The notes: generated by a model from the letters alone, not told the origin. A stretch of 64,000 nucleotides of DNA from Nanobdellota archaeon (GCA_051819805.1 JBNJHD010000002.1:63754-127753), one strand, 5' to 3'. Positions 48,364 to 58,289 are shown, numbered from the stretch's first letter. Numbers and translations: made by a program.

Positions 48364-51300
48364 ATGAAATCGCACATGAAAAGCTCAAAAAAAGGAGTTT
48401 CACTCCTACTATCAAGTATATTCGTTTTACTGATGGTCATAGGAATCATATTAGCAGTCTATAATCCTGACGAGCAGATAGATATAGGGTCTAAACAATA
48501 TCAGGTACTGATTTCAAACGAGAAAGCCTCAGCGATTGATTTATTCATCAAGCAAGCTTTCAAGTTATCTTCTGACTATTCAGTCGATATATTTTTTCAC
48601 AACAATGGTGTATTCAACGAAGAGACTGAAGACGGAGAACACACTGAACACCAATGCGGAAAATACCTCGCACCTCTATTTTTCAAGTCCTCGGAGGATC
48701 CTGATGCATGTTTTCCTGATTTCAGAGATAATTTTAAAGCTTATCTCGGTACAGACTTCAATAAGAAACTTCTCACATATCCTGAAATAGATCTTTATTT
48801 CAATCCAGAAATATTCATCGGAGAACAAAATGACTTCATAACATGCGATGGTTCTTCATCACTAGCACAAACTTATATTGAGCGGTCAAACAAGGAAGCA
48901 TGGAATACAGGTGGAAAAACTTATCTCGAAACCGCTTTTGAGGTGGCAGCTGACACAGGTGCTGACCCTGCTTTACTTCTCGCCCATGCATCAATGGAAA
49001 GTGCTATGGGTGAAGATAATACGTGCACAAATCAAGGAAAGAGTTCTCTGACAGGCTGCGGTTGGCTTCCAACTTGTTCAAAAGACTGCGGTTGTGAAGA
49101 TACACGCGGTTATTTCGAATCAGACACTAGCCAATTCCAATGCACAGCTCGTGTCGATAAGGCTGCGTTCGCAGGGGAAGGATCGTATGAGAAATGCACA
49201 CCATATAGAGATAACCCTGAACTGCTTTTCAATTGTGTCATGTGTGTTTATCAAGGAAATTATGATACTGTCATTCCAGGAGGTGGAGAAAAATACTTTA
49301 CAAAAGATGATACATGCCGTTATGCAGAAATCGTTTCATCATTATATTGTGGTTGGAATAAGTATCTGTCTCAAGAATACGAGGAAGAAATTCTTAGCGA
49401 TGATAAAGTAAGCTCATTTGTCTCAATGGAAACAGAAGAAGCTATTGAGATACCTATACTGACTCAATCCGAGCTACGATCAGATATCAACCGAAAATCA
49501 TATCCTAACGGTCTGCTCGGAGGGTTCCAGAACGAACGAATAATACCTTGCGGTTCTTCAACGTGCTTAGCAGATATTGCCGAATACTATCATAGTCTTT
49601 ACAGGCAGTATCCGTATGTGTGGGGAGGAGAATCACCATACTCATATCAGGATACAAAACCATTAACTGAAGAACAAGATTCGGTATTCTACAAAGTTTC
49701 AGTGACAAGAAAGCAACCTGAAAAAGTCGCATTCACAGAACCAGGATTCGACTGTTCAGGATGGGTCTGGTGGGTCGCTTCACATTCAAGTGCACAACCA
49801 CTCAGCATACGAAATGATGCGGAAGGCTTTTACAGGATGTTACAGAAATCAACGGATGCACAACCTGTTTGTGATAAAGAAAACGAGAAATCCTGTTCAA
49901 AAGAGACTATTATCAATAACGCACAACCAGGAGATATCTTATTCTACAAAGGACTTCATGATCCTAAAGTAACTCATATCATGATCTATCTCGGTGAAGG
50001 AGTCATCAGTCACTCTCGAGGATCGAAAGGTCTTGTCAAAGAAGATATTCCACCATCATACACTAATAACATACAAGCAGTTTACCATCTCAAAGGATCG
50101 GCATTCAGTGGAACTCACGATTCACTTGACTCCTACTTCAAGAATAGCGATGAAGAGTTATCCGAGTCAAAAGGTTCTTGTGTCTTACCAATTGATTTCA
50201 CGCAAATCAATGAAGAAGCTATAGATTCGACAAGAGTATCTTTTGAAGAACTCCAGGAAACAATCATTAAGAACGATCTTGAACAGACCATTCAGGAAGC
50301 GTCCAAAAAATACCGTATTCCAACAGCATATATCAAGGCGATAATCACGACAGAAGTAGGTGGATCGAAATATCTCGATAAATACTTATCAGGAGAAACA
50401 ACAATAAGCGAGAGCAATATGAGAGGTCCGATGCAATTATCACGTGTGGCTTGCGATACTCTAAATGATGCAGAAGCTGATTCGTGCGACCTCAAAGTTA
50501 TAGAGAAAGGTGATGTGGAAAACGCGATCATGACTTCGACCAGATTCATAGCGCACCTCAGGGACACGACACAATATATTGACAAGAACAATCCGGATTA
50601 TTACATGTTATCGCTAGCTTACAATGCAGGTCCGGGAAGCCTGAAATATATTCTAGAAACTGCAAGCAAGAGAACAGGAATACATCCTGAACAACTACAA
50701 TGGAGAGATATCACTTATAATGACATACAAAACGGGCTCAAAGACACAGGTAAAGATTGGGCTGATGATGAAGACAAATGGAAAGAAGTCCGAGAATATC
50801 CTAATCTTGTCGCTCAATCACTCTCTGAGCAGTGTCTAGGTAATCCTTTGCTACCGAAGACAAGAAGCAGTATCCGATTAGAACCACAAGCTTATGCTAC
50901 TGTCAATATAGATTTCAATCTATTAGAAACGATTGAAGAATTCACAATTTCGCTACAATCATGCAATGATGATCTTGACGTTTGCGTTTCAGAAAAGACT
51001 GATGAGTTCAACCAAGAGTTCTATGATGTTGAAGTTATCGATACAGCTAACGAACTTGACAGGCATTCAACTCCTCAGGATTCAAAAATAATCCGTTCAG
51101 GAGTATATCTTACTGAACTCTCTTCTCAAGATACGAAATCAAGTAATGATGTGTTTGCAATGAATTTCCTTAAACAACTGATTGACTGCTCAACTAATTC
51201 CCAATCAGGATGTGTTTGCATGATAAATTCAAATACTTCAGAATTGCAAGCTGAACAAGTGACATTGAAACTTGCGTGGAACGAACGAAGCTACCAACCA

Positions 51301-52998
51301 GCATCCGAGGCAAACATTTATGTCAATGGAAAACCAAAAGGTTCAATTTCACTTCTCCCACTGAACTTGTTCAAGGAAGATGAACGCTCCGTTGCACCGA
51401 AAGACATAACATTCACCTTCACTAAGAAAAACATTATTATTGAAACATCATCTGGTTTTGAACAGACTATCTCACCGAATCAACAACTAGCAACACTCAA
51501 ACATTTCTCGCTTCAAGATTATACTACTAAGAGTCATCCTTATGATCGCTCACTTATCAACATCAACAAGTATGAACGTTCAACTTCGGCAATGGACTAT
51601 CAAAGCCAGTCACTTGATTTATCAGGTTTGTTTTTTGATAATTCCGATCAAAATCTGCCTTCAGGATCATTTGACCAGTTCTATAATGATGAATTGAAGA
51701 ATTTTATGAAGTTAACGAGAGATGATAAAGAAACATCTGATCGCTGCACGCAAGTCGTCTCCTATGCCCAGAGATATCTAGGTTCGGGATATGGCGGAAC
51801 GGGAGTGTGCACTGCAGAACAAGCTGAACGAGAAGAATGCACTACACAATGCGGATCGTATGTCACTAACGTATTCAGGGAGATTTTTGATGAGGTGCTT
51901 CTGGGTAATGGCAACCAAAAATGCGAATCTGCAGAGTCTGTCAGCGCCAACAGATTCACCAATCCTGAATTGCTTAGAGCAGGAGATATATTCTCTTCAG
52001 ACGGACGATCAGATGCTGCACAGAAATATGGTCACACAGGAATATATGTCGGTAAAGGTTTCGTTTCAGAACCAGCACGTGATTCATCATGGGGAACATA
52101 CTCGTACAAGAGATTCACTCCAGATCCGAACGGAGAGCATGTGTTTATCCATTCTATAGGACCAGTTTCATATAATACTTTATCACAACTCATTTCAGAG
52201 GATAAGCAGGCGAGAAACATCATCAGCTTCTGTAGATATGAACCATGTAAGGAACAAGATGATCCTATCAATGGTTTTGATGTCAAGAGTGGAATGACAC
52301 TATTCTCTTACGAAAAGGATGAGAATGAAAATCATGCTCCATTTATCTGCAGGGATAATTCAGATACTTATCTTTTCAGAACAGAATTTCCTCAGATGCC
52401 TGGAAAAACGATTGATTTCGCTGCAGAACTGAATGACACTGTCGCGCCTGAAACGATCATACAACAATCTGCAAATCAAGCTTCATGCGCATCCAGTCCT
52501 GCTATCATCTTCTCATGGAAAGATGATACGGAACATCTTTATGGGTATAATATCACTGTATGGGCAGAAAATGATAATGAAGATGAAGGAATATCATACA
52601 TCGTACCTCTCACTCATGCTGAATACGCTGATACGAAACCAGAAAACCCGAAGACACTCCACAAGCCTTTCATCACTCAAGATAGTAAGGTGAAAACGTA
52701 TCATTATATGATAGGAAACATCAACAATATACCTTTATTCAAGATCAACACCACTTACTCCTATAAGATAACTCCTTTGGACAATCATTTCAACAGTCCG
52801 CAATCAAGCGATATAGGCAGTATCACTCTCCGTGATTCTGATGAAGCGATAGGACAATTATCAACTATACTATTCCAAGATTCGACACTTTTTGATCTCT
52901 ATTCAACTACTAAAGATCTGTTCAAAGGAGAATGCTCCAATTATCTGGAAGAACTAGCGGAGCAACGAGAAGAAGTACTGGGTGAGATGAGCTCATGA
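48364..52998 (+). CDS. giant (about 1545 aa) multi-domain cell-wall hydrolase with a class III-type signal: N-terminal lysozyme-like region, NlpC/P60 peptidase, GH23/SLT lytic transglycosylase and a second NlpC/P60/CHAP-like domain
   Basis: The ORF-track start 48349 is a TTG overlapping the upstream stop; the first ATG is at 48364 (MKSHMKSSKKG|VSLLLSSIFVLLMVIGIILAV). NlpC/P60 #1: YPYVWGGESPY...GFDCSGWVWWV...GDILFYKG...HIMIYLGEGVISHS (about 49560-50040). SLT: IPTAYIKAIITTEVGG...GPMQLSRVA...LSLAYNAGPGSLKYIL (about 50290-50700). Second NlpC/P60-like: RYLGSGYGGTGVCT...GDIFSSDGR...GHTGIYVGKG...EHVFIHS (about 51740-52170). An additional ...LLLAHASMESAMGED E-S region sits at about 48850-49100. Confidence 0.7.
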   Translation: MKSHMKSSKKGVSLLLSSIFVLLMVIGIILAVYNPDEQIDIGSKQYQVLISNEKASAIDLFIKQAFKLSSDYSVDIFFHNNGVFNEETEDGEHTEHQCGKYLAPLFFKSSEDPDACFPDFRDNFKAYLGTDFNKKLLTYPEIDLYFNPEIFIGEQNDFITCDGSSSLAQTYIERSNKEAWNTGGKTYLETAFEVAADTGADPALLLAHASMESAMGEDNTCTNQGKSSLTGCGWLPTCSKDCGCEDTRGYFESDTSQFQCTARVDKAAFAGEGSYEKCTPYRDNPELLFNCVMCVYQGNYDTVIPGGGEKYFTKDDTCRYAEIVSSLYCGWNKYLSQEYEEEILSDDKVSSFVSMETEEAIEIPILTQSELRSDINRKSYPNGLLGGFQNERIIPCGSSTCLADIAEYYHSLYRQYPYVWGGESPYSYQDTKPLTEEQDSVFYKVSVTRKQPEKVAFTEPGFDCSGWVWWVASHSSAQPLSIRNDAEGFYRMLQKSTDAQPVCDKENEKSCSKETIINNAQPGDILFYKGLHDPKVTHIMIYLGEGVISHSRGSKGLVKEDIPPSYTNNIQAVYHLKGSAFSGTHDSLDSYFKNSDEELSESKGSCVLPIDFTQINEEAIDSTRVSFEELQETIIKNDLEQTIQEASKKYRIPTAYIKAIITTEVGGSKYLDKYLSGETTISESNMRGPMQLSRVACDTLNDAEADSCDLKVIEKGDVENAIMTSTRFIAHLRDTTQYIDKNNPDYYMLSLAYNAGPGSLKYILETASKRTGIHPEQLQWRDITYNDIQNGLKDTGKDWADDEDKWKEVREYPNLVAQSLSEQCLGNPLLPKTRSSIRLEPQAYATVNIDFNLLETIEEFTISLQSCNDDLDVCVSEKTDEFNQEFYDVEVIDTANELDRHSTPQDSKIIRSGVYLTELSSQDTKSSNDVFAMNFLKQLIDCSTNSQSGCVCMINSNTSELQAEQVTLKLAWNERSYQPASEANIYVNGKPKGSISLLPLNLFKEDERSVAPKDITFTFTKKNIIIETSSGFEQTISPNQQLATLKHFSLQDYTTKSHPYDRSLININKYERSTSAMDYQSQSLDLSGLFFDNSDQNLPSGSFDQFYNDELKNFMKLTRDDKETSDRCTQVVSYAQRYLGSGYGGTGVCTAEQAEREECTTQCGSYVTNVFREIFDEVLLGNGNQKCESAESVSANRFTNPELLRAGDIFSSDGRSDAAQKYGHTGIYVGKGFVSEPARDSSWGTYSYKRFTPDPNGEHVFIHSIGPVSYNTLSQLISEDKQARNIISFCRYEPCKEQDDPINGFDVKSGMTLFSYEKDENENHAPFICRDNSDTYLFRTEFPQMPGKTIDFAAELNDTVAPETIIQQSANQASCASSPAIIFSWKDDTEHLYGYNITVWAENDNEDEGISYIVPLTHAEYADTKPENPKTLHKPFITQDSKVKTYHYMIGNINNIPLFKINTTYSYKITPLDNHFNSPQSSDIGSITLRDSDEAIGQLSTILFQDSTLFDLYSTTKDLFKGECSNYLEELAEQREEVLGEMSS

Positions 52999-53555
52999 AA
53001 TCACAAGCAATGATTCTAGTAGCATTACTGCTTTCTATACTTCTCGTGTCCAGTCCTGTTCTTTCTCTCGATTGCGTGAAAGGTATAGATGGGTACTGTG
53101 ATGAAGCTTGCCGTGAAGTCGACTTCGATTGCGCTTCAAATCCTAATCTCGAAGCAAAAATCCAAACAGATCTTGAAAAAAATGATTCAACTCCCCGACA
53201 GGATCCTTATAGGGAAATTCATGCTTCAGACACACTTATTCTCATAGGAACAAAAACAATTCCTGAATACGAAGCAAGGAAACCAACAAACGATCATATC
53301 AACGAGAATATGGGTGTGTTGCTTTTAGCGATCGCAATATCTCTCATTTTTATCAGTATAACACTCCTTATCATTCACCGTATGGAACTCAAACAAGGAG
53401 ACGATACGAGGATTCTGGAGAATATGAAATTCCACATCAAACGGCTCAGGCGCCACGGTCATTCCGATGAGGATATCAAGAAGATGTTTCTCCATAAGAA
53501 CCACCATTCCAGAATGATCGATAAGGCGTTTAAAGCACTGGAAAAACAGGCATAA
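52995..53555 (+). CDS. bitopic membrane protein (Sec signal plus C-terminal TM); last gene of the operon
   Basis: ATGA overlap with the giant hydrolase gene. Signal MILVALLLSILLVSSPVLSLDC, a CxxxxxC motif, TM GVLLLAIAISLIFISITLLII and a basic tail. Confidence 0.45.
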   Translation: MKSQAMILVALLLSILLVSSPVLSLDCVKGIDGYCDEACREVDFDCASNPNLEAKIQTDLEKNDSTPRQDPYREIHASDTLILIGTKTIPEYEARKPTNDHINENMGVLLLAIAISLIFISITLLIIHRMELKQGDDTRILENMKFHIKRLRRHGHSDEDIKKMFLHKNHHSRMIDKAFKALEKQA

Positions 53556-53636
53556 GACTTAAAAAGAAACGTGTGCTAGTATGTTCTACTAAGCCAAAAA
53601 GGAGTTTTTAGGGTAGCTAACAGGGTGTGAATTCGT

Positions 53637-54800
53637 ATGACAGAAGATATTGAACAGCTCAAAAACAAGATAGTAGAATCAGGTTCACTGACAAAAGAAC
53701 GGGTTGAAGAGAAACTCAAAGAAAAATTGTCTTCTTTAGGAGGGCTTATCTCAGAAGAAGGAGCGCTCCATATCATAGCTAATGAGAACGGTATCAAACT
53801 CGGTAAGCCACCTTCTTCAGAACTCAAGCTCAAAGATGTGCTTACAGGTATGAGAAACGTCACTGTTGTAGCGAAAGTCCTTCGAAAATATGATCCTCGA
53901 ACCTTCGGTAATAATGATGAGGGTAAGGTGGCCAGTCTTTTCATGGGTGATGATACTGGCTTTATGAGACTCACATTCTGGAACGATAAAGTGGACAATC
54001 TCTTTACCAAGATCAATGAGAATGATGTCATTGAAGTACAGCACGCCTATTCCAGAGAGAATAACGGTTATATAGAACTCCATATGGGAAATGCTTCAAA
54101 TTGCATAGTGAACCCTGAAGGAAAGTCAGTGACTGTCAAAGAACGTTCATCAGGAGCAGGAAATATCACTGAGAAGAAACTCAAGGATGTCACTGAAAAC
54201 GATGACAGGATCGCTGTAACGGCAACTATAGTCCAGGCTTACGATCCACGATTCTTCGAAAGCTGTCCTGAATGCGGCAAACGACTCCAGCAAGAAGGAG
54301 ATGCGTATGTGTGCAGGCAACACGGTGAACAACAACCAGGATATAACTATGTCATGAATGTCTTTCTCGATGACGGAACAGATAATATGAGAGGAACGAT
54401 CTGGAAGAAGCAGATCAACCAGCTCCTCAATATGAATGAAGAATCAGTTGTCAAGCTCAAAGATAACCGTGATAAGCTTGAAGAGATCAAGACCGATCTT
54501 CTTGGCACGATTATCAAAGCAAAAGGAAGGGTGAAAAAAAATACAGTCTATAATAACATGGAATTAGTGCTTTTCGAAATAGAGTCTAATCCCGATCCCA
54601 ACCTGATTGCAGCACAAGAACAAGACACCACGTCCGATGAATCAGGCTCCTCTTCTCATAGCCAAGAAAAACCTGAAGCTGAAACTTCAAAGCCTTCCGC
54701 TGAAGAACAACCAAAGCCTTCAAAAGGTTTATCAGAAGAATCGTTAGGAGGAGATGATGAAGATCTCCCATCAATAGATGATATTGACGAGGATTTCTAA
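53637..54800 (+). CDS. replication protein A (RPA1-like ssDNA-binding protein) with OB folds, a zinc ribbon and an acidic tail
   Basis: N-terminal RPA-like region (LSSLGGLISEEGALHIIANENGI), OB folds, CPECGKRLQQEGDAYVCRQHG zinc ribbon and a C-terminal acidic DDIDEDF tail. Confidence 0.7.
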   Translation: MTEDIEQLKNKIVESGSLTKERVEEKLKEKLSSLGGLISEEGALHIIANENGIKLGKPPSSELKLKDVLTGMRNVTVVAKVLRKYDPRTFGNNDEGKVASLFMGDDTGFMRLTFWNDKVDNLFTKINENDVIEVQHAYSRENNGYIELHMGNASNCIVNPEGKSVTVKERSSGAGNITEKKLKDVTENDDRIAVTATIVQAYDPRFFESCPECGKRLQQEGDAYVCRQHGEQQPGYNYVMNVFLDDGTDNMRGTIWKKQINQLLNMNEESVVKLKDNRDKLEEIKTDLLGTIIKAKGRVKKNTVYNNMELVLFEIESNPDPNLIAAQEQDTTSDESGSSSHSQEKPEAETSKPSAEEQPKPSKGLSEESLGGDDEDLPSIDDIDEDF

Positions 54801-54838
54801 AGTATTGAATAACATATCATCATCGTATTTGATAACTG

Positions 54839-55285
54839 ATGCAAGGACGAACACACGCGCTGACAGGACTGCTCATAGGTTGTATTATTACAACAGTCAC
54901 CGAACAGGATGTTCTTATGAGTATTTTGATCGTATTTGCATCGTTACTAGGATCTTTACTTCCTGATATTGATACTGCTGATTCCATACTCGGCAGGAGG
55001 GTTAAAGCGATAGGTTGGCTTTCAAGACATAGAGGTTTTTTTCATTCACTTCTGTTTCTCATCATCATCCTTGTTTTATCCAGTCCTCTAGTTTCGAGAA
55101 TAATTCTCCTAAGCTTTACAGCAGGGTTCATCTCACACTTGATTCTAGATGCCATGACAAAGAAAGGAGTGACAATCATACCAGGACTACTCCATATAAA
55201 AGGTTTTTTCAAGACAGGGAGTTTTGCTGAACAACTATTATTTCTCAGTGGACTGTTGGCCTTGCTCTATATTATCATAAGCTGA
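54839..55285 (+). CDS. DUF457/YdjM-family membrane-bound metal-dependent hydrolase
   Basis: HALTGLLIG...LLPDIDT...HRGFFHSLLF motifs in 4-TM context. Confidence 0.6.
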   Translation: MQGRTHALTGLLIGCIITTVTEQDVLMSILIVFASLLGSLLPDIDTADSILGRRVKAIGWLSRHRGFFHSLLFLIIILVLSSPLVSRIILLSFTAGFISHLILDAMTKKGVTIIPGLLHIKGFFKTGSFAEQLLFLSGLLALLYIIIS

Positions 55286-55296
55286 CATTCAGGAGT

Positions 55297-57306
55297 TCAC
55301 TTCCGCTTCATCTTACTATTATCAGAAAGAGAATTTCTTATATCAGAGATGATACGCTCATTTTTCTTGATAAGTTCGTCAAGGAGTTTCTGACGAGACA
55401 TCATCTTGATTTTTCTAGAGAGAGATACTTCATCAAGCTCTACAGAGATGAAACGCTTCAATTCCTTGCCATGCTTATGAACAAACCGTTTGTACTGTTT
55501 ATCATCAATTCTCTTGAGAACAGTTATGAAATCACGTTCATCGTCAATACGAGTCTTATCAAGCCATAATGCGTGAGGGTGAAATGTCTTGTCTCGTTTC
55601 ACATGAGAACTGTTTTGCAGGAATCTCATCTTAGAGACTTTCTGAACGACGATGATGAGAAGGAAAATAATAATGCTATATGAAAGAAGAATCATGATAC
55701 TATTACCGAGCTTGTCAAAACCCAATGTGAAGAGAATGGACTGGCGAAGCGTTTCTGAAGAGAGGACATACGGATTGTACTGTGCGGCTTTCTGTAAATA
55801 AGAGGAAATGCTCTCAACAGGAAGCACTAGGTTAGAGATGAAGAGAAAAATCGCTCCTAGAGAGATGCTTGCCATGTTAGAACTCTGCTGGTTAGGGAGA
55901 AGGTATCCTAAACACATACCGAGCATGATAAAGATTGATGTGCCAAGAACAAGAAGCACTGCATTGACTGCTATGTTCTGACTTAACAAGTCAACAGCAA
56001 AAATGTTTGCGACAGCAAGAATGATAAGGATTTGGAAGATGATGATGATAAATGATGTCAAGAAGGTGGTGATAATGAAATACTCATCACGAGCAGGTGT
56101 TGTAAACACCCTGAACGCTGCCTTGCTTTTTTTCTCGACAACGACCAAGGTGCTCGAGAGAAGCAGACCTACGAACATGACAACGAGCATAAGAACATAT
56201 GGGAAGAGCATCGCGATCTTATTGTTAGAACTGACTGTTTTGATAGTGGTTGATACAGGATTGACAATTTGCTCACTTGAGGTAATATCAACAGTATTAA
56301 GTCGATGCGATGCCTGTTCAAGATCCTGCTTAATACTATCAATTTGTTCAGTGAGGGAAACGAATGTTTCTTGAAGCTCACCCAACCGAGTAAGACTATC
56401 ATCACGGATAGTGTTTGCACTTGAAAGTTTTGTTTTTAGAGAATCAACTTTCGAAGCAGTATCAGAAACTTTAGAGAGAACACTAGACACTTTCTGACTC
56501 CCTGATTGGCTACTTTCAAAAGCAGACTCATTAAGATCTTCGAGTTCATACTCTAGATCATTCAGGTCAGCAGTGATGTTAGTGTCACTAGTCTGATTGC
56601 GAATGCTATCAATCAGCGAATAACCTTCAATAACTGCGGATTTGACATCGCCATAAATACTGGTTTGTGTACTCTCGAGAGAAGCTATATCAGAAGAGAT
56701 GTCAAGAGAAACATCACCCGGATCAAGATCGAGATCGGCAAGGCTTGTTTTTGTTGAAACAATGCTTTGCTCACTATCACTAATACTCTTTTTTACCTTG
56801 ATAAGGGAACCAATTCCTCGATCAACACGATCAGCACTTGATTCCATTGTTCTAGTAAGTGTTTCAGTAAGGTTCATGCTCAACTGATCGGTCTTGAGAT
56901 CAATACGGTCAGAAACCCTGTCAATGACAGTATAGACAATGTTCATACGACTCTTATCAACAAAAAACTCTATTTCTTTAGTCGCGCCTTGCTCAATCTT
57001 GAAATGTTCAGGGAAGATGATGCAGGTGTGGACCAGACCACCCTTGAGGTCCTCAATACAAGACTCGTTATATGGATGTGGTTTGAGTATATAATCATTC
57101 TGCTTGAGAGTGTTGAGAAACTCACTTGTCAATGTGCTATTGTCAGGAGCGTGATAGCCGACAGTGATCTCAATACTTGATGAGGAGTTGAATGCGATAC
57201 CGATAAGAAAGATGATGAGAAGAGGTCCAAGAATTATAGAGATAAGTGAGGTCTTCTGCCTGAAAAGGACTTTGAAATTCTTGCTGATGATGCTGAAGAA
57301 TTTCAC
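55297..57306 (-). CDS. ABC-2-type transporter permease with a large extracytoplasmic coiled-coil domain (YhgE/Pip-like) and a C-terminal basic cytoplasmic tail
   Basis: N-terminal TM, about 300-aa soluble domain, 5 C-terminal TMs, then a roughly 130-aa K/R-rich tail. There is a 4-nt overlap with the upstream ATPase gene. Confidence 0.55.
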   Translation of the reverse strand: MKFFSIISKNFKVLFRQKTSLISIILGPLLIIFLIGIAFNSSSSIEITVGYHAPDNSTLTSEFLNTLKQNDYILKPHPYNESCIEDLKGGLVHTCIIFPEHFKIEQGATKEIEFFVDKSRMNIVYTVIDRVSDRIDLKTDQLSMNLTETLTRTMESSADRVDRGIGSLIKVKKSISDSEQSIVSTKTSLADLDLDPGDVSLDISSDIASLESTQTSIYGDVKSAVIEGYSLIDSIRNQTSDTNITADLNDLEYELEDLNESAFESSQSGSQKVSSVLSKVSDTASKVDSLKTKLSSANTIRDDSLTRLGELQETFVSLTEQIDSIKQDLEQASHRLNTVDITSSEQIVNPVSTTIKTVSSNNKIAMLFPYVLMLVVMFVGLLLSSTLVVVEKKSKAAFRVFTTPARDEYFIITTFLTSFIIIIFQILIILAVANIFAVDLLSQNIAVNAVLLVLGTSIFIMLGMCLGYLLPNQQSSNMASISLGAIFLFISNLVLPVESISSYLQKAAQYNPYVLSSETLRQSILFTLGFDKLGNSIMILLSYSIIIFLLIIVVQKVSKMRFLQNSSHVKRDKTFHPHALWLDKTRIDDERDFITVLKRIDDKQYKRFVHKHGKELKRFISVELDEVSLSRKIKMMSRQKLLDELIKKNERIISDIRNSLSDNSKMKRK

Positions 57307-58289
57307 TTCTTAACACCCTCTTTTTTATCTTTCCATAAGCTAATGAAGACATCATCTAAAGAAGCGTTGCTTATGTTGATGAATGTAAGTTGGTCACCGT
57401 GTTGCCTTATTGTACGAAGAGCGTGCTCGATAATAAGAGCAGGTTTTTGAGTGTAGATGAGGAGAAAATCGTCTTTGATACGGGTGCTCGAAATTTCCTT
57501 ATGGGAAATTTTTCCTATAAGAGCTTCATAATTCTGTTGTCTAGTCTGTATGGCAATTTCCTGTTCAAGAACGAAATCTTCTTTCAATTGATCAGGAGCA
57601 CCTATCGCTACAAGTTTTCCTTCTTTCAAGAAAGCGACACGATCACATAATGATTCAAGCTCGTTAAGATGATGGCTTGAGAGAATAATAGTGGTTCCTT
57701 TTTTGTTGATCTTACGGATAAGTTCCCAAATGTGGTGTCGTAGCAACGGATCAAGATCGGCAGTCGGTTCGTCAAGAATGAGAACAGCAGGATCATGCAT
57801 GAGAGCGCAAGCGATGTCAAGACGACGTTCCATACCTCCTGAAAGTTTTTTTGCCTTGACATTACGAGCATCTTTCAATTCCATGAGTTCAAGCAACGTC
57901 TTCACATTTGATGAGATCGCATCTTTACTCAAATCATAAAGATTGCCGAAATATTTCAAATTTTCAGTGGTGGTCAACTCACCATAGAATGATGGAACTT
58001 GAGAAGCGAAACCATACACATGCTTGACAGTCTTTTGCTTTTTGAATACTGAACGATATATTTCAGAATCAGACGTAGCAAGAAGATGACTCAATCGGAA
58101 CTGTACATCGCCGTTTTCAGGACGAAGAAAACCTATGAGTGTATTGAGAAATGTTGTTTTACCGCTTCCACTTGCACCTATCAATCCGATAATCTCGCCT
58201 GAATGAATATCCAGATTGATATCATCAAGAATAACATGGTTACCAAACGCTTTTGACACTCCTCTTACACGAAAAATAGGCTTGGTCAT
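57303..58289 (-). CDS. ABC transporter ATP-binding protein
   Basis: Walker A GASGSGKTT, signature LSGGMERRL and Walker B VLILDEPTADLD. Confidence 0.85.
   Translation of the reverse strand: MTKPIFRVRGVSKAFGNHVILDDINLDIHSGEIIGLIGASGSGKTTFLNTLIGFLRPENGDVQFRLSHLLATSDSEIYRSVFKKQKTVKHVYGFASQVPSFYGELTTTENLKYFGNLYDLSKDAISSNVKTLLELMELKDARNVKAKKLSGGMERRLDIACALMHDPAVLILDEPTADLDPLLRHHIWELIRKINKKGTTIILSSHHLNELESLCDRVAFLKEGKLVAIGAPDQLKEDFVLEQEIAIQTRQQNYEALIGKISHKEISSTRIKDDFLLIYTQKPALIIEHALRTIRQHGDQLTFINISNASLDDVFISLWKDKKEGVKK

Noticed and set aside
17041-53555. Mobile element or prophage origin of the mega-locus (because of SLT/NlpC-P60 lysin-like domains)
   Set aside because: There is no integrase, transposase, terminase, capsid or portal gene, no flanking direct repeats and no tRNA target. 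The export signals are prepilin-like rather than phage-like.
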